Below, piece after piece: positions 23,975 through 40,249 of a DNA stretch of 64,000 nucleotides (within the stretch, counting starts at the first letter, position 1; every line of letters starts with the position of its first letter). The stretch is from NCBI RefSeq assembly GCF_009914755.1, contig NC_060925.1. One strand, 5' to 3'. Position numbers and translations under genes: made by a program. Origin of the DNA: the human T2T-CHM13v2.0 reference genome, Homo sapiens. The notes beneath the pieces were generated by a model. That model made no database searches and was not told the DNA's origin. It saw nothing but the letters and a program-made list of their open reading frames with translations.

Positions 23975-26305
23975 GTCTATCTCTACATTTTGATTGAAGA
24001 GTTTAATCCATTTTATATTTAATTACCGATAAGGAAGGATTTATGTCATGTTACTATTTGTTTTCTATATGCCTTAAAGCTTTTGCTGTTCCTCATTTCC
24101 TGCCATACTGTTTTCTTTTGTACTTTGATTTTTTGTAGTAAAATGTTTAAATTACCTTCTCATTTTCCCTTGTGTATATTCTATAGCTATTTTCTTTGTG
24201 GTTCCACAAGAATTACACTTTACATTCTCAAATTATAACATTCTAATTTGAATTTATACCAGTTTAACTTGAAAGCACACAGAGACTCTGCTCCTCTGTA
24301 GCTCAATTTCCACCCCTTTGGTTGTCACAAAATTATATCTTTAGACATTGTGTGCCTCAAACCATAAACTAATTATTTAAGTGCACAAGTCTCTTAAATT
24401 ATGTAGAAAGCAAAATATGGAGTTACGAACCAAAGTTACAGTAATACTAGCTTTTAGACTGTTTTTCTAAAAGTACACATTTTTAGGAAGTACATTTAAA
24501 TCATGTAGAAAACAATAAGTTACAAGCTGTTGTTACAATAATATTAGGTTTTATAGTTGCCCACGTATTTACCTTTACTGAGGTGTTTATTTCTTTATAT
24601 GGCTTCAAGTTACTGTCTAGTGTCCTCATACTTCAACCTGCAGGACTCCCTTGAGCATTTCTTGCAGGAAAAGTCTAGTGGTAATAAACTCCCTCAGCTT
24701 TTGTTTATCTGGAAGTGTTAATTTCTTCCTCTCTTTTGAAGAACAGTTATACCAGATATAAGATTTGTGCTTGACAGGTACTTCTAATATTTTGGAGGCC
24801 GGAAGGAAGTGTACGAATATATTCAAAGTTTTTGATATCTGCCAATAATCTCATTGAGGATACTTTATATGCAATGAGTCATTCTTTTTCTCTTGCTGCT
24901 TTCAAAATTCTCTTTGTCTTTAGTTTGATTTTAATGTGTCTTTGTATGGGCCTAAGTTCATCCTCCTTGGAGTTTTTTGAGCTTCTTGGATGTTTATATT
25001 TATATATTTCATTAAACTTGGGAAGTTTTCAGCCATTACATTTTCAAATATTCTCTCTGCTCCTTTCTTCTCCTTTGTATCTCTGACAAAGCATATGTTG
25101 ATCTGCTTGGTGGTATCCCATCGGTCCCTTGAACTATTCACTTTTCTTTACTCTTTTTTCTTTTTTTTCTCTTTTTTCTAAGACTTCATAATTTCTATCA
25201 TCCCATGTTCAGTTTCACAGATTCTTTAGTCTTCTACTCAAATCTGCCTTTGTGTCCCCCTGGTGAAATTTTCATTTCAATTATTCTACCTTTTAGCCCC
25301 AGAATTTTTTTTTTGTTTCATTTTAGGTTCTCTTTCTTTGATATTTCCATTTGGCTCATATATCATTTTCTTGATTTTCTTCAGATCTCCCTTTAGTTTT
25401 CAAAGTATTTTCAATACAGTTGTTTTAAAGTATTTGTCTAGTAGATCTGCTATCAGATATTTTTTCAGGGAGAGTTCTGTTGATTTTTATTTTTTTCTTT
25501 GAAAGGGCCATACTTTATTTCTTTGTATGCCTTGTTATTATTATTTTTTTTTGGTTGAAAACTGAATATTTGTAGTAACTCTGGAAATCAGACTCTTTCC
25601 ATTTTCTAGGTTGTGCTGGTTTTGTTATTGTTTGTATTATTTTTGTTTTTTGATTGTCCTAGGCTGTCTCTGTGCTAAGGATCAGCCAGAGGTATAAACT
25701 TAAGGTTTTTACAGGTTTTCCTGAACCTGAACCTTTCCCTGGGTATGCAAAGTCACTTTTTAATTTTCTTCATATATATAGTTGCATTTGAATATCTTAG
25801 TCTCTAATGTCTGCCTCCCAGAAAGGAAAAAAGGACAAAAGGGCAAGAGGAAAGAATTCTGGCCCTTTAAGTCCCCTGGAAGTCACTTCAGCCAGAGTGG
25901 GAGGTGCTTGTGATATGAGGGGACTTAAAACAATGGCCACTGGCCCCTTTGTCTGCACCTCTGTGATCAGTAGCAGAAATCAGCAATCAGAGCACAGATC
26001 CCTGATATTTGGAGGACAGAGTCCTTTCCTATACTTCAGCTTTCACAAGCTGTATGCAGGTTGCTTCAAGAACAGCTGCCTACCACTGGTCTGGGGGTGG
26101 GATGGGTACTGTCCTAAGAGCTAAAATGGACCAAAATTAATGGTAATTTACCATCAAAGCCCTCCCCTGAAATTTTCAAGTCTTCAATAGACTTCAGAAT
26201 TCCAAAATAGTTATATCAGATCGATTTGGCAGCACAAACATTGTCTAGATGGGGAGACAGACTGCTGTTGTTTCCTACTCCACCATCTTCTCAGAATCCT
26301 ATTTT
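23975..26305 (-). mobile_element. Old L1M 5' portion (5' UTR, ORF1, inter-ORF, ORF2 start)
   Basis: ORF1 peptides PDKQKLREFITTR..LQEMLKGVLQ and RIFENVMAENFPSL; 5' start GGATTCTGAGAAGATGGTGGAGTAGG on the minus strand. Confidence 0.85.
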
Positions 26306-27174
26306 TGGGTGATTTTATAGAAATTTGTGTTAATTTTTGTCTCGGATATTCCAAAGGAAAGGAACTAGCATAAGTCTTAAGTCTCAAAATGAATGGATTC
26401 ATAGAAGCAGCCTGTGTTTTCAATGTTTCTATATTCGAGTTTTGTAAGTTCCCTCATATTACAAGCACCTCCTTTCTGCAATTCAAAGAAGCTGATACCA
26501 GGTTGATAATGATGCTAATACTTTGGGTCCTGTAGTTGAAACTGACTGAGAATGTTAGCATAGAAAGATAATTTCTAATTAATTATGTTCTAACTTTAGA
26601 AAATGTGTATAATAACTTTAGAGTTGATAATAAATTTTGCCATAAAATAGAAAGCCTTCAACTGTGAACAGGTCAATTGCTTTTACATTTTTCAATAAAT
26701 CCTTCTAATCTTTACCTATAAGTTTTGCCAAGTTATTAAAAATGCTTTATTTTAAAATTTGACCAATACACACATCATAGTATATTCATTAAAAATATAA
26801 TTAAAAACATAATTCAGAACAGTTGGTAATTGTATTTTGTTCTACATTGTTCCATTTATATTTCTGCCATAGCTATGTTTAGCTAGTAAACAAGCTGATT
26901 TTTTTTCTTAATGGGTTTGCAAAATATATAGGTGTACTATGTTTCAATTTTATTATTAAATTATAATCAAGTTTAAAGATTTGAGAATAGCGTTTCTTTT
27001 ATATTTACTTTGAAATATACCTGCAAGCTGTGCCTACATCCTCAGTATAGTAAGTCAGCAAAATTGTGGAATACTGCATGACTGATATATGCTTGTAATA
27101 TGTGAAGTTAGATACTTCACACTAAGAAATCTGAGGTAGGTATTATCTTTCATTGAAGCAGAAGGAAACAGAAG

Positions 27175-29386
27175 GACTTTACTTTCAGTAATGGTGAGCA
27201 AAGCAATTGGTAATTTTCTTCTACATAAAAAAAATAAGACTAGACAAAATTGTAAAAAAAAATTACTTCAGGGCACTAGGAACTGACTAAAGGCAGACAA
27301 AAAAAATGAGAAGCATTTACTTTTGAAAAACTGCTAGAGCTTTGGGTAAAAATAAGAACTCTGTGGTACTCTTGTCTGGGGTTTCTCCCCTCTTTCTTCT
27401 ACCACCAGACTACTGGGGGAAATAGTAGGTTTTTCGGCCTGGAATTGACTACCAAGCCTTGCAGCTTTACTGCCAGAAGCAATGAATTCAATTTGGGGAA
27501 GGAAGCAAAAACTTATCGTTTTGCTAGCTAAAATGGCAGACTTAGTTGGGACTGGATGGAGACAACCCACAGCACTGAAAGACCAAGACTGCCATTCCAA
27601 TTTGGGTTGACTGACAGACCAGTCAGAAGCTCTATGGAGAGATTGTGGAAAAAAAGCCATGGAAAGTCCAAGTTAAGCTTTTCCAAACTTTTCTGCTGTA
27701 TGGAAAAGGGCACATGCATGGAAAGACCAAAGAGAGCCCCCACCACCAAAAAGAAAAAGAACGCCAAGGGAGGCTTGAGAATTGCCTGACACATTAAATG
27801 TATTCCTCAACTCACACAGAATAACTGGGATGAGATGCAATAATCCAGATGTTATATTTCCTAGACAAAAACTTCAAAGTAGCCTTTATAGATATGTTTA
27901 AGTATTTAAAGCAAGCTATGTTCAATGAATTAAAGAAAAATAGCCTAGCAGTAAATCAACAAACAGAATCTAATAAGTAGAAAATTAGATATTTGAAAGA
28001 ATCAAATGAAAATTCTAGATTAGTAAAGTAAAATAATTGAAAGTAATTTTAAAAAAAATCACTGGATGTCCTCAACAGTGTAGTTGGGAGGATAGAGAAA
28101 AGAATCAGTAAACTTGAAGATAAGTAGAAATGATTCAGACTAAATAAGAGTGGGAAATGTTAAATTGAGCATAGTCTCAGGTACCTATGGGACAATACCA
28201 GGTGTTCGCATACATGTGTCAGAGACCCAGAAGAAGAAAAAGAATCTATTTTGAAATATAATGCTTTAAACTCCACACATTTAATGAAAATTTTAAGTCA
28301 CAGATCTAATAATTTTAATGAACCTCAAGTAGAATAAACACAAAGGTAACCCCATCTAGACACAACATAGTCAAATTGTTAAAAGCCAAAGGAAATAGAA
28401 ATATTGAAAACAAAGAAAAAATAACTCATCATATACAATGAAACAATTCATGGTTACAAGAGAGTCCAGGTAGAAGTGGATGATTTATTCAAAATGTTGA
28501 AAGAAAAATTGTCAATCAAGAATTCTATACCCAGTAAAATTATTCTTCAAAAGTTAAAAGTGAAATGAAGAAATTTCCCCAAATAAACAAAAGCTAAAGG
28601 AATTCATTGCCAGCATACTTGACCTACAAGAAATACTAAAATCCTTAAGGTTGAAAGGAGATGATACTGTATGATTACCTGGATCCACAGTACGAATGAA
28701 AAATTCCAGAATATGCACTTTTATTCATCTATTAATTTCTTTAAAAAAAGAAATTCACCTATTAATTTCATCTATTAATTTATTCAAAAAAAGCATAAGC
28801 AATAGCTATAATTCAGTAAAATTGAATTTACAACACATATAGTTGTGATACGGATGACAATATTGGGGGAATGAAATGAAAAGAAGGGGGAAGGAAATGA
28901 AGCTATACTGGCTTAAAGTTGCTATCTTTTGCTGGAATAAAGTCAGTATTAACTTGAGATGAGTTGTGATGTTACAGATAATATTAAAATCCCTAGAGCA
29001 ACCGCTAAAAACACTTCAAAAATATAGTTAAAACATCAAAGTAATTAAAATAGTGTACTGAAAATATTTGTATAACACAAGAAAAGAAAATAAAGGACAG
29101 AAAGGGGAACAAAAATCATGAGACATGTATAAAACAAATAGCAAAGTGGTAGACATAAACCCATCCATATCAATAAATGCATTAGATATGAGTGAACTAA
29201 ATACTTTAATCAAGAGGCCTCGACTGTCAGACTGGATAAAAATGCAAGATCCATCTTTAAGTCTTAGATTTAAAGATAAATAAATTGAAATTTTTCAAAA
29301 AGGAAAAAGACAAACCATACAAACAATAACCATGAGAGAGTTGGAGTGGCTTTTTATCAGAGAAAATACTTTAAGAAATATCACTA
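27175..29386 (+). mobile_element. Old L1M 5' portion; resumes at ~35364-35480 and ~35973-36075 after nested insertions
   Basis: A-rich ORF1-like sequence (AAGAATTCTATACCCAG; CTAAAGGAATTCATTGCCAGCA) and ORF2 endonuclease start that continues after the L1PA. Confidence 0.8.
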
Positions 29387-30701
29387 GGGTTGCTGGCAAT
29401 ATGACTGAATAGGAACAGCTCTGGTCTGCAGCTCCCAGTGAGATCAACGCAGAAGGCAGATGATTTCTGCATTTCCAACTGAGGTATCCGGTTCATTCAT
29501 TGGTACTAGTTGGACAGTGGCTGCAGCCCAAGGAGGGTGAGCCGAAGCAGGTGGGGCATCGCCTCACCCAGGAAGAAGAAGGGGTCAGGGAACTCCCTCT
29601 CCTAGCCAACCGAAGCCATTAGGGACTGTACTGTGCACTCTGGCCCAGATACTGCACTATTCCCATGTTCTTCGCAATCCACTGACTAGGAGATTCCTTC
29701 CGGTGCCTCTACCACCAGGGCCCTGGGTTTCCAGCACAAAATGGGGTGGCTGTTTGGGCAGACACCCAGCTAGTGGCAGAAGTTATTTTTCATGCCCCAG
29801 TGGCACCTGTAATGCCAGCGAGACAGAACCATTCACTCCCCTGGAAAGGGGGCTGAAGCCAGGGAGCCAAGTAGTCTGGCTTGGCGGGACCTACCCCCAC
29901 AGAGCTCAGGAAGTTAAGATCCACTGGCTTGAAATTCTCCCACCAGCACAGCAGTCTGAGCTCGACCTGGAACACTCAAGCTTGGTGGGGGGAGGGGCAT
30001 CCACCATTGCTGGGGCTTCAGTAGGTGGGTTCACCCTCACGGTGTAAACAAAGCCGTGGGAAGTTAGAACTGGGCAGAGCCCACTGCAGCTCAGCAAGGC
30101 CACTGCGGCCAGACAGCCTCCTCTCTGGGCAGGGCATCTCTGAAAAAAAGGCAGCAGCCCCAGTCAGAGACTTACAGATAAAACCCCCACCTCCCTGGGA
30201 CAGAGCACTTGGGGGAAGGGGTGGTTGTGGGCGCAGCTTCAGTAGATTTAAACACCCCTACCTGGCAGCTCTGAAGAGAGCAGTGGATGTATCAGAACAG
30301 CGTTTGAGCTCTGATAAGGGACAGACTGCCTCCTCAAGTAGGTCCCTGATCCCTGTGTATCCTGACTAAGAGATACCTCCCAGTAGAGGCTGACAGACAT
30401 GTCACACAGGAGAGCTCTGGCTAGCATCTGGCAGGTGCCCTCCAGGATGAAGCTTCCAGAGGAAGGAACAGGCAGCAATCTTTGCTGGTCTGCAGCCTCT
30501 GCCAGTGACACCCCAGCAAACAGGTTCTGGAGTGGACTTCCAGCAAACTCCAGCAGACCTCCAGCAGAGGGGCCTGACTGTTAGAAGGAAAACTAACAAA
30601 CAGAAAGGGATAGTATCAACATCAACAAAAAGGACACCCACTCAGAGACCTCATCTGAAAGTCAACGACTTCAAAGACCAAAGGTAGATAAATCCACAGA
30701 G

Positions 30702-31720
30702 ATGGGGAGAAACCAGTGCAAAAAGGCTGAAAATTCCAAAAACCAGAACACCTCTTCTCTTCCAAAGGATCACAACTCTTCACCAGCAAGAGAACAAAAC
30801 TGGATGGAGAATGAGTTTGATGAATTGACAGAAGTAGCCTTCAGAAGGTGGGTAATAACAAACTCCACCGAGCTAAAGGAGCATGTACTAACCCAATGCC
30901 AGGAAGCTAAGAACCTTGAAAAAAGGTTAGATGAATTTCTAACTAGAATAACCAGTTTAGAGAAGAACATAAATGACCTGGTGGAGCTGAAAAACACAGC
31001 ATGAGAACTTTCAGAAGCATACACAGTATCAATAGCTGAATGGATCAAGTGGAAGAAAGGATATCAGAGATTGAAGATCAACTCAATGAAATAAAGTGAC
31101 GAAACAAGATTAGAGAAAAAAGAGTGAAAATAAATGAACAAAGCCTCCAAGAAGTATGGGAATATGTAAAAAGACCAAATCTATGTTTGATTGGTGTATG
31201 TGAAAGTGACAGGGAGAATGGAGTCAAGTTGGAAAACCCTCTTCAGTATATTATCCAGGAGAACTTCCCCACCCTAGCAAGGCAGGCCAACATCAAATTC
31301 AGGAAATACACAGAACACCACAAAGATACTCCTCAAGAAGAGCAACCCCAAGACACATAATTGTCAGATTCACCAAGGTTGAAATGAAGGAAACAATGCT
31401 ACGGGCAGCCAGAGAGAAAGGTTGGGTTACCCACAAAGGGAAGCTCATCAGACTAACAGTGGATCTCTAGACAGAAACCCTACAAGCCAGAAGAGAGTGG
31501 GGGCCAATATTCAACATTCTTAGGGAATTTTCAACCCAGAATTTCATATCCAACCAAACTAAGCTTCGTAAGTAAAGGAAAAAGAAAATCCTTTACAGAC
31601 AAGGAAATGCTGAGAGATTTTGTCACCACCAGGCCTGCCCTACAAGAGCTTCTGAAGGAAGCACTAAATATGGAAAGGAACAACTGGTACCAGCCACTGC
31701 AAAAACATACCAAACTGTAA
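30702..31720 (+). pseudogene. L1 ORF1p, disrupted
   Basis: MGRNQCKKAENSKNQ.. start; premature TGA at 31002-31004 and later frameshifts. Confidence 0.92.
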
Positions 31721-31783
31721 AGACCATTGATGCTATGAAGAAACCACATCAACTAAGGGGCAAAATAACCAGCTAGCATCATA

Positions 31784-35087
<3,304 letters not shown>

Positions 35088-35480
35088 CACAAGAACAGAA
35101 ACCAAACACTGCATGTTCTCACTCATAAGTGGGAGTTGAACAATGAGAATACATGGACACAAGGAGGGCAACATCACGCACTGGGGCCTGTCGGTGGGTA
35201 GGAGGCTAGGGGAGGGATAGCATTAGGAGAAATACCTAATGTAAGTGACGAGTTGATGGGTACAGCAAACCACCATGGCACGTGTATACCTATGTAACAA
35301 ACCTGCGTGTTTTACACATGTACCCCAGAACTTAAAGTATAATAAAAAAAAGAAATATTGCTAAAGACAAAAAAGGTAATTTTATAGTGATAAAAATGCC
35401 AATAAGGAACTCCAAAATACATTTTAAAACTGATTGGATTGAAAGGAGAAATAGACAATTGAAATATTGTAGTTCAATAT

Positions 35481-35972
35481 TATATTAGTTGTGGTTCTTC
35501 AGAAAAATAGAACCATTAGTATATATATCAAGCATATATATACATATATACACAAGTGCACATTTATATACACATACACAGATATATACACATAGATATG
35601 TATATATACCTATTTATTATAAGAAATTGGCTTTTGTGGTTATGGAGGCTGAGAAGTTCCAAATTCTGCAGTTGGCAAGCTGGAGACCTAGGAAACCCAA
35701 TGGGGTAAGTTCCTATCTGGGCAGGAATAATGTTTCAGCACAACAGCTAAGTGGGCAAAACTTCCTCTTATTCAGCCTTTTGGTTCCACTCAGATCTTCG
35801 ATTGGACAAGGCCCACCCACATTGGGGAAGGCGATCTGTTTTACTCAGTCTATCAATTCAAAAGTTAATCTCACTCAGAATTGCCCACAAAGACACATCC
35901 AGAACAATATTTGACCAAACGTCTGGGCACCCCATGGCCCAGCTGAGTTAAGACATAAAATTAATCACTACA
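35481..35972 (-). mobile_element. MLT2 (B/C-type) solo LTR containing a TA/CA-rich tract
   Basis: AAGAAATTGGCT..TATGGAGGCTGAGAAGTTCC..GACATAAAATTAATCACTACA. Confidence 0.85.
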
Positions 35973-36369
35973 GAGCTTTCAGCAATCCCCTCTAAGTAAC
36001 TGATATATATCTTTACTGATTTTCTGTCTAGCTGTTATAAGACTTGAGCAAAATTATCAAACAATTTGACCTGACATTTCCTTCTATTAGCTGCCAGATA
36101 TGTTCCATATAAAGGAGTCAGACTGGCCTAAACACAAAGTGGTGGTAACAGGGCTACCAGGTAGGTTAGCCTATCAGTAACTTAAAGCACAGCCAGACGC
36201 AGTGATGGGAACAGTAGGAATGAGAGCTAGGCATAAGCCCAGGTAAGTGGCTCATGCTTATTTTAGTGATCAGGGCCATATCTTGTGCACCAGCTCTAAA
36301 TGGCATCAGAAGCTCGGCTGACTTCAGTACCTCAGTCTGAAGACCAACTTCAATTACTTTCAGTAGATA

Positions 36370-36835
36370 TTATCATAGTAATCTGGTATTCACTCCCCTC
36401 CTTATAAAGGATTATACATATCCACTTCCTTGTAAAGGATTATACAGATCTACCTGTTACTATAAATTTGCAGTACTTCCCTATGGGAGAACTATTCCCA
36501 GCAACACAGATGTGGTGCTTGGACATGTGATTTGGTTTAGCCAATAGAATGTGAGAGAAAGTAACATAATTATGTCCATGCAGAAACTGTGAGAGCTGTT
36601 CTGTGCTTCAACATTTGTTCATTTATCTCTGCCACAAGAATGGCATGTCCTAGATAGGGTCTGTGTCTTCAGCCTGAATCCCAGAATAAAAAAGACCCAG
36701 GAAACATTCCTGCAGCTGACCCATAACCTGGAACGAAGCCACAGCCTATTTGAAGTCAGCATGTAATGTGAGGGAAAAATAAGTTTCGTTACCACTGAGA
36801 TGTTATGGAATAACCTAATGATAGCACTGATAAAC
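36370..36835 (+). mobile_element. MLT1I/J-like LTR
   Basis: CTTGGACATGTGATTTGGTTTAGCCAATAGAATGTGAG..CAGCCTGAATCCCAGAAT..CCACTGAGAT. Confidence 0.6.
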
Positions 36836-38034
36836 CTTGACACTGAACACCCCAATTGACGCCACTACTCTAGTATGGTAGACATTCATTGGAGTATCTT
36901 CCCAGCCACTTTTCTTTTGCAGAAAAGGGTCCTGATCCATAGATTAGGGTCATGAGAGCCATATTGACATGTTATCTCTGTAGCACCCTTTGGCTGTAAG
37001 CTGGTTAAAATAGGTGACATTCTTTCCTTTGAGAATTTTACCCAAGGCCTGGAGCCTGGAAATTGGGAGTCAATTAACATACATTGAAATGCTTCCAAAA
37101 AGGTCTATAAACTACTGTGTGCCCCTAGAGAAATCCCTATTCTTATCCCATTTTGTTGTTTTATTAACTTCTTTTGGATTCCATGTGATATTCCAGCATT
37201 CTTTCCTGCAAAAGCTTTTAAACCCGAATCAGTGCTAGTTGGTTTCTATTTATTTGCAACCAAAAGAACCTTAACTAATACATCAAGCACCTAAAACTAC
37301 CTTGATATTACTCAAATTCATTCTTCAAATGTTGGCATAGCAAAAGCCAAGCCTTGCCAGGGCTGCTCCTACAGTGGCAGGGGACGTGGAAAGAGCCCTG
37401 GGCTAAGGGAGTTGGCCAGTCTTTAAGTCTGGCCAGGAACAAAGCAGAGTGTGGACTTCCTAAATTCCATCCCTGCATTACAATCTCTACATGACATATT
37501 CTTTTTTTCTTCATTACCTTCCTAAATAGGGTCCAGGTTTCCAGCAGACTTGGGGGTCCCCTCCCTGGACCACTGGAACAATGGATGGGGCAGAGCATGT
37601 ATGATACAGAGCTCTTTTGCTGTGTGAATGGGTGGTCTCTGGCAGGGTTGTTTTTGGCCAAGTAGGTGCTGCGTATTTCCAGTTACAGTTGCATATTGTT
37701 GCCTGCAACTTCTTGGCAGTATTTCAACCAAATGCATTAAAATATAATTGCCTTTATTAAGAAAAAGAACAGACATGCATTAACACAGTTTTGAAAAATT
37801 AGGGGCAGCTAACTAATAAAATAAGTTTGTAAGAACAAGGCATGGAACTGCTTTTATTGGCATTTCCAGATTTTTTTTTTTTACTTCTGGGCATCTGAAG
37901 AGAATGTCTATCCAGTTACCAAATATTATCTGGGGTGCCTGCCAGATTTCTGGACATAAAGCTTTAAAATTTTAAAAGGTGATAGGACAATTAGAGAGGG
38001 TGTTTCTCCTTCCCATGTGGTTCTAAGCCAAGCT

Positions 38035-38505
38035 GTCCTGATTACTCTCCTGAGCTTTAGATTCATGTATCTAAATATCTGCTTAATAGTTCCAATCTGG
38101 AGGTCTGTCCCCACCAGGCCTAAGCTCAGTTTGGTGCAAGCAAATTTATCACTCACTCCTCAACTCTGATATCTTTTTTTCCTTCTATATACTCAATTCA
38201 TGTTGTTACCACTATACACCCATACAAGCCAATTAGAAATCTCTTCACTATTCGACTCTACTCTTTATGATATTCCACAGAAGTCACTGCCTTCTATTGA
38301 TTTGACTTTTAAAATAGTTTGAGTTTGCTTTTTCACTGCCTTAATAGAAATAAACAATGCTGATCATTAGAATAGCTTTTCAATCAGCCTCTTGATTAAA
38401 TACTCATTGTAATGCCTCCTATCCCATCAGTTATTCAGATTGCTACCAAAGTGATCCCCCTAAAGTGTAAGTTGGGGGATGACACTTGTTACAAGTTTTT
38501 GAATT
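38035..38505 (+). mobile_element. L2 fragment
   Basis: CTCTCCTGAGCTTTAGATTCATGTATCTAAATATCTGCT..CAAGCCAATTAGAAATCT. Confidence 0.6.
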
Positions 38506-38512
38506 TGATGCT

Positions 38513-38880
38513 TGCTATAGACTAAATGTTTGTGTCCAAACCCAAGTTCATATGCTGAAGTTTTAACACTCAATGTGATGGTATTAACAGGTGGGTGGTA
38601 GCTTTGGTAGGTGCTTAGATTATGAGGGTGAAGCCCTCATGAGTGAGATTAGTGCCCTTTAAAAAAAGATTCCAGAGAGATCCCTTGCTGCTTTCCTTAC
38701 ATGGAGACAGCAGGAAGAAGGTTGTCTATGAACTAGGAAGCAAGAGGCTTTGTCGGATATTAATCTGACAGCACTTTGATTGTGGACGTAGCCTCTAGAA
38801 CTGTAAGAAATAAGTTTCTTTTGTTTAAAAGCCACCTAGTCTATGGTATTCTGCTATAGCAGCCCAAATGTACTAAGACA
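38513..38880 (+). mobile_element. MLT1A-type solo LTR
   Basis: TGCTATAG..GCAGCCCAAATGTACTAAGACA; perfect TSD ATGCT (38508-38512 / 38881-38885). Confidence 0.9.
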
Positions 38881-40249
38881 ATGCTGTAGGCAATATGAAA
38901 ACATTGAAATATTTAGAAGGGCATTTAAGACCCCCCAATTATTAAGCTTATCTATTTTTCAAACACTATTTTGTGAAATGACAAAAAAAAACCTCCGTTA
39001 AAGCAATGAAAATGCCAAAGTTCTGAGAACTATGCTCTTCTCATGTCACATATTTATCATGTGCCCAAGTAACTAAAGAGAAAAAAGAGTTATGTTCTTC
39101 CCTTGAATATGAGCCTTTCTTTATCAGCTCTCATTTTCTGTCCCGGAAGGAGCCACAGTATTGGAAAGTTAGACTATTGTATAGCAATGAGTACGCAGTT
39201 GAAGCCCAATGACTGGTCAGAACACAATCTTTACGGGTGGAGGAACAGGGCAAAAAGGTACAGGAATTTTTTCCCGAAAAGAATGAAAACTTCCTGTTGT
39301 CAAACACCACCATTTTCTGTGCTGTCTTAAGCCAGCTTATGGGATATCTGCAGCACAGTGTCACTCAAGCCTCATTAGCTCCCATCCAGATCTTTCTTAT
39401 GGGCTTTCTAACAGCATGAGGAGAACATCAGATGTTCATATCCCTCTTCTGGATCTCCCTTTTAAAATCCTGGGTGCAATTTCTCACACAACACCTTGCC
39501 TACCCGTTATTGCTGGTTCTCATGTGCATTGTTGAGATGTGTTCATAGAAAATAAACACTTCTCAGCCCAACACTTGCTTTTGGACACCAGCTGTATGAC
39601 ACACTCCCACTCTGCCTTTTTTTATCTACTGTTCCCTCAAACTCTAAACACCTGCCTCCATTATGGAAATCCCACAAGCCTCAGCTCACTGTCACCACAG
39701 CTGATGCCCTAGCTAGAATTTGTTGCTGCCTTCTCTGGCTTGCACTGCATTTGATATGATTGCCTAGTTAACATTACTTCATGTTGTCAAGTGTTAAAAT
39801 TAGTTGAATATGCTTTTACCATCTCCAGTAGATTGAGCCTAGGAGTTGTGACTTTCCTATCTCTGCACCCCAGAAGACTGAGCACACTGATTACTGATTG
39901 AGTGGATAACAAAACCCCCACCCCTAGGTCTAGTTAGTGCAGGAGTCCTCTCTGTGCCATTTTCTTTGATTTGTGAGCTCCCTTGTGAATGGGAATTTAA
40001 ACACCAGGGTCCTGGCTCCATTGAATCAAAGGAATTGAGTGGGAAGATATCATTTCTGGCATTTTAGAGTGGGCAGATTTGCCTGCCATCAGCAATACCT
40101 TTCTGAGAGAGGTAGTGTAATATATAACCTTCAGGGGCCACATAACTAAGTTTTGGGTGATTGTATTGTTCACAGAATGGGCCAGAGATTTTCCTCTTAT
40201 TTTAGGTAGAGTGACACATGAGTTACTACCAAGGTGGGACATTTGAGTA

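Noticed and set aside
36400-36446. Short tandem duplications (also ~28725-28780, ~41254-41285, ~45884-45929, 63736-63770)
   Set aside because: Adjacent 15-20-bp slippage duplications are common background mutations and share no common unit.
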